DNA from: Chiloscyllium plagiosum
Lineage: Eukaryota
Length of the DNA stretch: 61,383 nt
Direction: 5' to 3'
Assembly (NCBI RefSeq): GCF_004010195.1
Contig: NC_057719.1
Span: forward strand, 13,624,151 to 13,685,533
Shown: positions 59,191-61,383 of the stretch, piece after piece
How the letters are laid out: every line of letters begins with the position of its first letter
Numbering within the stretch: the stretch's first letter is position 1
Program-made: the position numbers and the translations under genes
Notes under the pieces: generated by a model
The model's input: only the letters and a program-made list of their open reading frames with translations
The model's database searches: none
What the model was told of the DNA's origin: nothing

Positions 59191-60337
59191 AATTGCAAGG
59201 CCACAGTTTTGGTTATGGTGTACACATTCATCAGTTTTCACAGAAGTGAATAGAAATGAGGATTTCAATCCCTAGAAATACTAGCAAAGAGGATGGCATT
59301 CCATGTAACTCGAACAGAAAGTAAGATACTAGCTGAATATAAAGCCTAATTATCTATAAGGCCTGTGTAAAAATTTGACTACAATCTATTATGGTAATTA
59401 GTATCCTCCTTGTTAATACTGTATATCATGCAGTTACAAAACAGAAATCCCTCAGCTTTGACACGTGAATGCCTATGTTCCAGGCACTGAGCAGAGATAA
59501 AGAAAATCTATCATTCTACAATACCAAATCTCAGCTCCAGTATTGTTTCATGATTTATGGGGGAGCAGGATATAATCTCAAGGGGAAAGTGTAAAGTAAC
59601 CACATACACCGTGTATGAACATATTTTTATGAGTCAGGAGTGGCACAACACATTCACACCAAATTTTCCTTCAGAATAAAGGAAGCTTCAGGAGGCTGGA
59701 AGATTTAGAGAGACTGCTAACAAGATCCCTTTAACCTGCCATTAAGTAAACATTGTTTGCAGAGCTTGGAGGAGGGTTATCGAGGGCTAGAGGGCTCAGT
59801 GTGTTGTATGAAGGCAGCAGCTCAGAGGCCCCAAGGTTGTGGTCATTACAATGCTGCACTGCCCTCATGGTCATGTCCATAATGTGACCTTGTGAGCACG
59901 TGTCCAGGGTTCTTGAGTGGATGCACTTCAGCAGTACCTGACAGGCATCCACATTAGAACAGGAGGATTCTGTGTAATGCAATGTGGGCCACACATTCCT
60001 AACACTGTTGGGTGTGGGTCTGAAAGGTTTCATATCTGGGAGAATGTGGAATGCACTCAGCATTGTGGTAATGCACAGTCAGGCTCTGTATAAGACCATC
60101 CATAGGGAAATGGGGAAAGCTTCTCGCACGAGCAGCAGCATTCATAGAAATACTCGAGTATCGCAGAATCACAGAAATATTAAAGCATGGAACATGGCCA
60201 TTCGGCCCATCTTGCCTGTGCCAGCTTTTCAAGCAATCTAGTGCCCATCTCCTGCTCTTTCCCCATACCCTTGTATGCTATTTTGCTCCAAATAATCATC
60301 CCCTCTTCAATATTTCAATTGAATCTACCCCAACCAC

Positions 60338-60648
60338 AGGGTGGCTCAGTGGTTAGCATGGACCCAGATTACATTCCATCCTTGGGTTACTGTGTGGCAT
60401 TTGCACAATGTCCCAGTGTCTGCATGGGCTTCCTCCAGGCACTCCAATTTCATCCCATAGTCCAAAGCTAGAGGGATTGGCTATGCTAAATTGTCCCATA
60501 GTGTCCAGGGATGTGCAGGTTAGGAAGATTAGCCATGGGAAATGTAGGATTACAGAAATGGAGGGGGTATAGGTGGGATGCTTTTTGGAGAGTCAGTGTG
60601 GACCCAATGGGCCAAATAGCCTGTTTTCACACTGCAGCGATTCTATGA
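60338..60648 (+). mobile_element. HE1-like SINE inserted into an antisense CR1 tail (about 60165-60690)
   Basis: ggtggctcagtggttagca head; gggccaaatagcctgttttcacactg tail. Confidence 0.82.
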
Positions 60649-61202
60649 AATTGACTCAACATTTCCAGGCAGTGCATTCCATACTTTTAACGCCCCACTG
60701 ACCATACCCTGTATATGGATCACAGTTTTGTAATAATCATCTGACTGTTCACTTGAACACACTCTCAAGATCTCTACTTGTTTAACCACAGTGGGTTAAC
60801 TCATCCACAACTAACCAGATCATCATGATAACCAGTAGAATTCTGACATTGGTGATAACAGCAGTTTTTCAACTAAATCTAACTTAATCAATGTCAAAAT
60901 CAAGAAAGAAAATAGAACTGGGACAACATGTGATGATAAAAAGGTCAGACTTGAAGGATTGCTGATGAGCCTTTCTCAGATTTATTACAATCTGAAGAAA
61001 ATCTCACTCTAGAGAAAGAAATTCATTTGGAAAGAAAAGCAAAGTAGAACTGATCGATCCTCAAGGGTGAGAGAAAATCTTTGGTACAGGAGATCTTCCA
61101 AATCTATTTGCTTTTTTAAAAACAATACAGTAAAAGGAAACCAAGAAAAGAAGATAGATTCGGGAGGACGAGCACAATTATCTGAAGTCTTCATCAATGC
61201 AG

Positions 61203-61383
61203 TGGCTGAAAATGTGTTGCTGGAAAAGCACAGCAGGTCAGACAGCATCCAGGGAACAGGACAATCGACGTTTCGGGCATGAGCCCTTCTTCAGGAATGA
61301 GTAAAGTGTGCCCAGCAGGCTAAGATAAAAGGTAGGGAGGAGGGACTTGGGGGAGGGGCGTTGGAAATGCGATAGGTGGAAGG
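61203..61383 (-). mobile_element. Penelope-like element 3' end (family 1), continuing beyond the window
   Basis: Same terminus as 13321, followed by a G-rich body. Confidence 0.88.
61264..61297 (-). ncRNA. Minimal type I hammerhead ribozyme motif, intact core
   Basis: UUC-CUGAAGA-A-GGGC(UCAU)GCCC-GAAA-CG-UC-GAU. Confidence 0.8.

Overview
This is eukaryotic, repeat-saturated non-coding DNA, almost certainly from a cartilaginous fish (shark), judging from HE1-type SINEs and their partner CR1/HER1-type LINEs; the species is not determinable here. No host protein-coding gene, rRNA, tRNA gene or CRISPR array could be recognised. Nearly all listed ORFs are transposon fragments, antisense shadows of them, microsatellite translations or N-gap artefacts. 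Contents: about 20 CR1 LINE pieces (one near full length at 11.7-16.1 kb); seven HE1-like SINEs plus a second SINE family; and a full-length but decayed Gmr1-type Gypsy LTR retrotransposon (26.8-34.4 kb) with integrase before RT and a SCAN-like capsid. There are also two solo LTRs with 4-bp TSDs, a truncated second Gypsy, a Tx1/L1 tail, two abutting Tigger/pogo-like MITEs and about 20 Penelope-like termini. Most notable: (i) the Penelope-like termini carry minimal type I hammerhead ribozyme cores in four sequence families whose helices covary, and many occur as short fold-back inserts with 9-17 bp TSDs; (ii) a unique 284-bp hairpin at 44473-44756 (136-bp arms) whose three mismatches all become G-U pairs on the minus strand; (iii) a gag fragment captured in only one LTR of the Gmr1-like element; (iv) a solo LTR inserted in phase into a degenerate TTAGGG-like array; (v) a 37-bp locally templated inverted insertion. 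Coordinates of decayed repeats are approximate.
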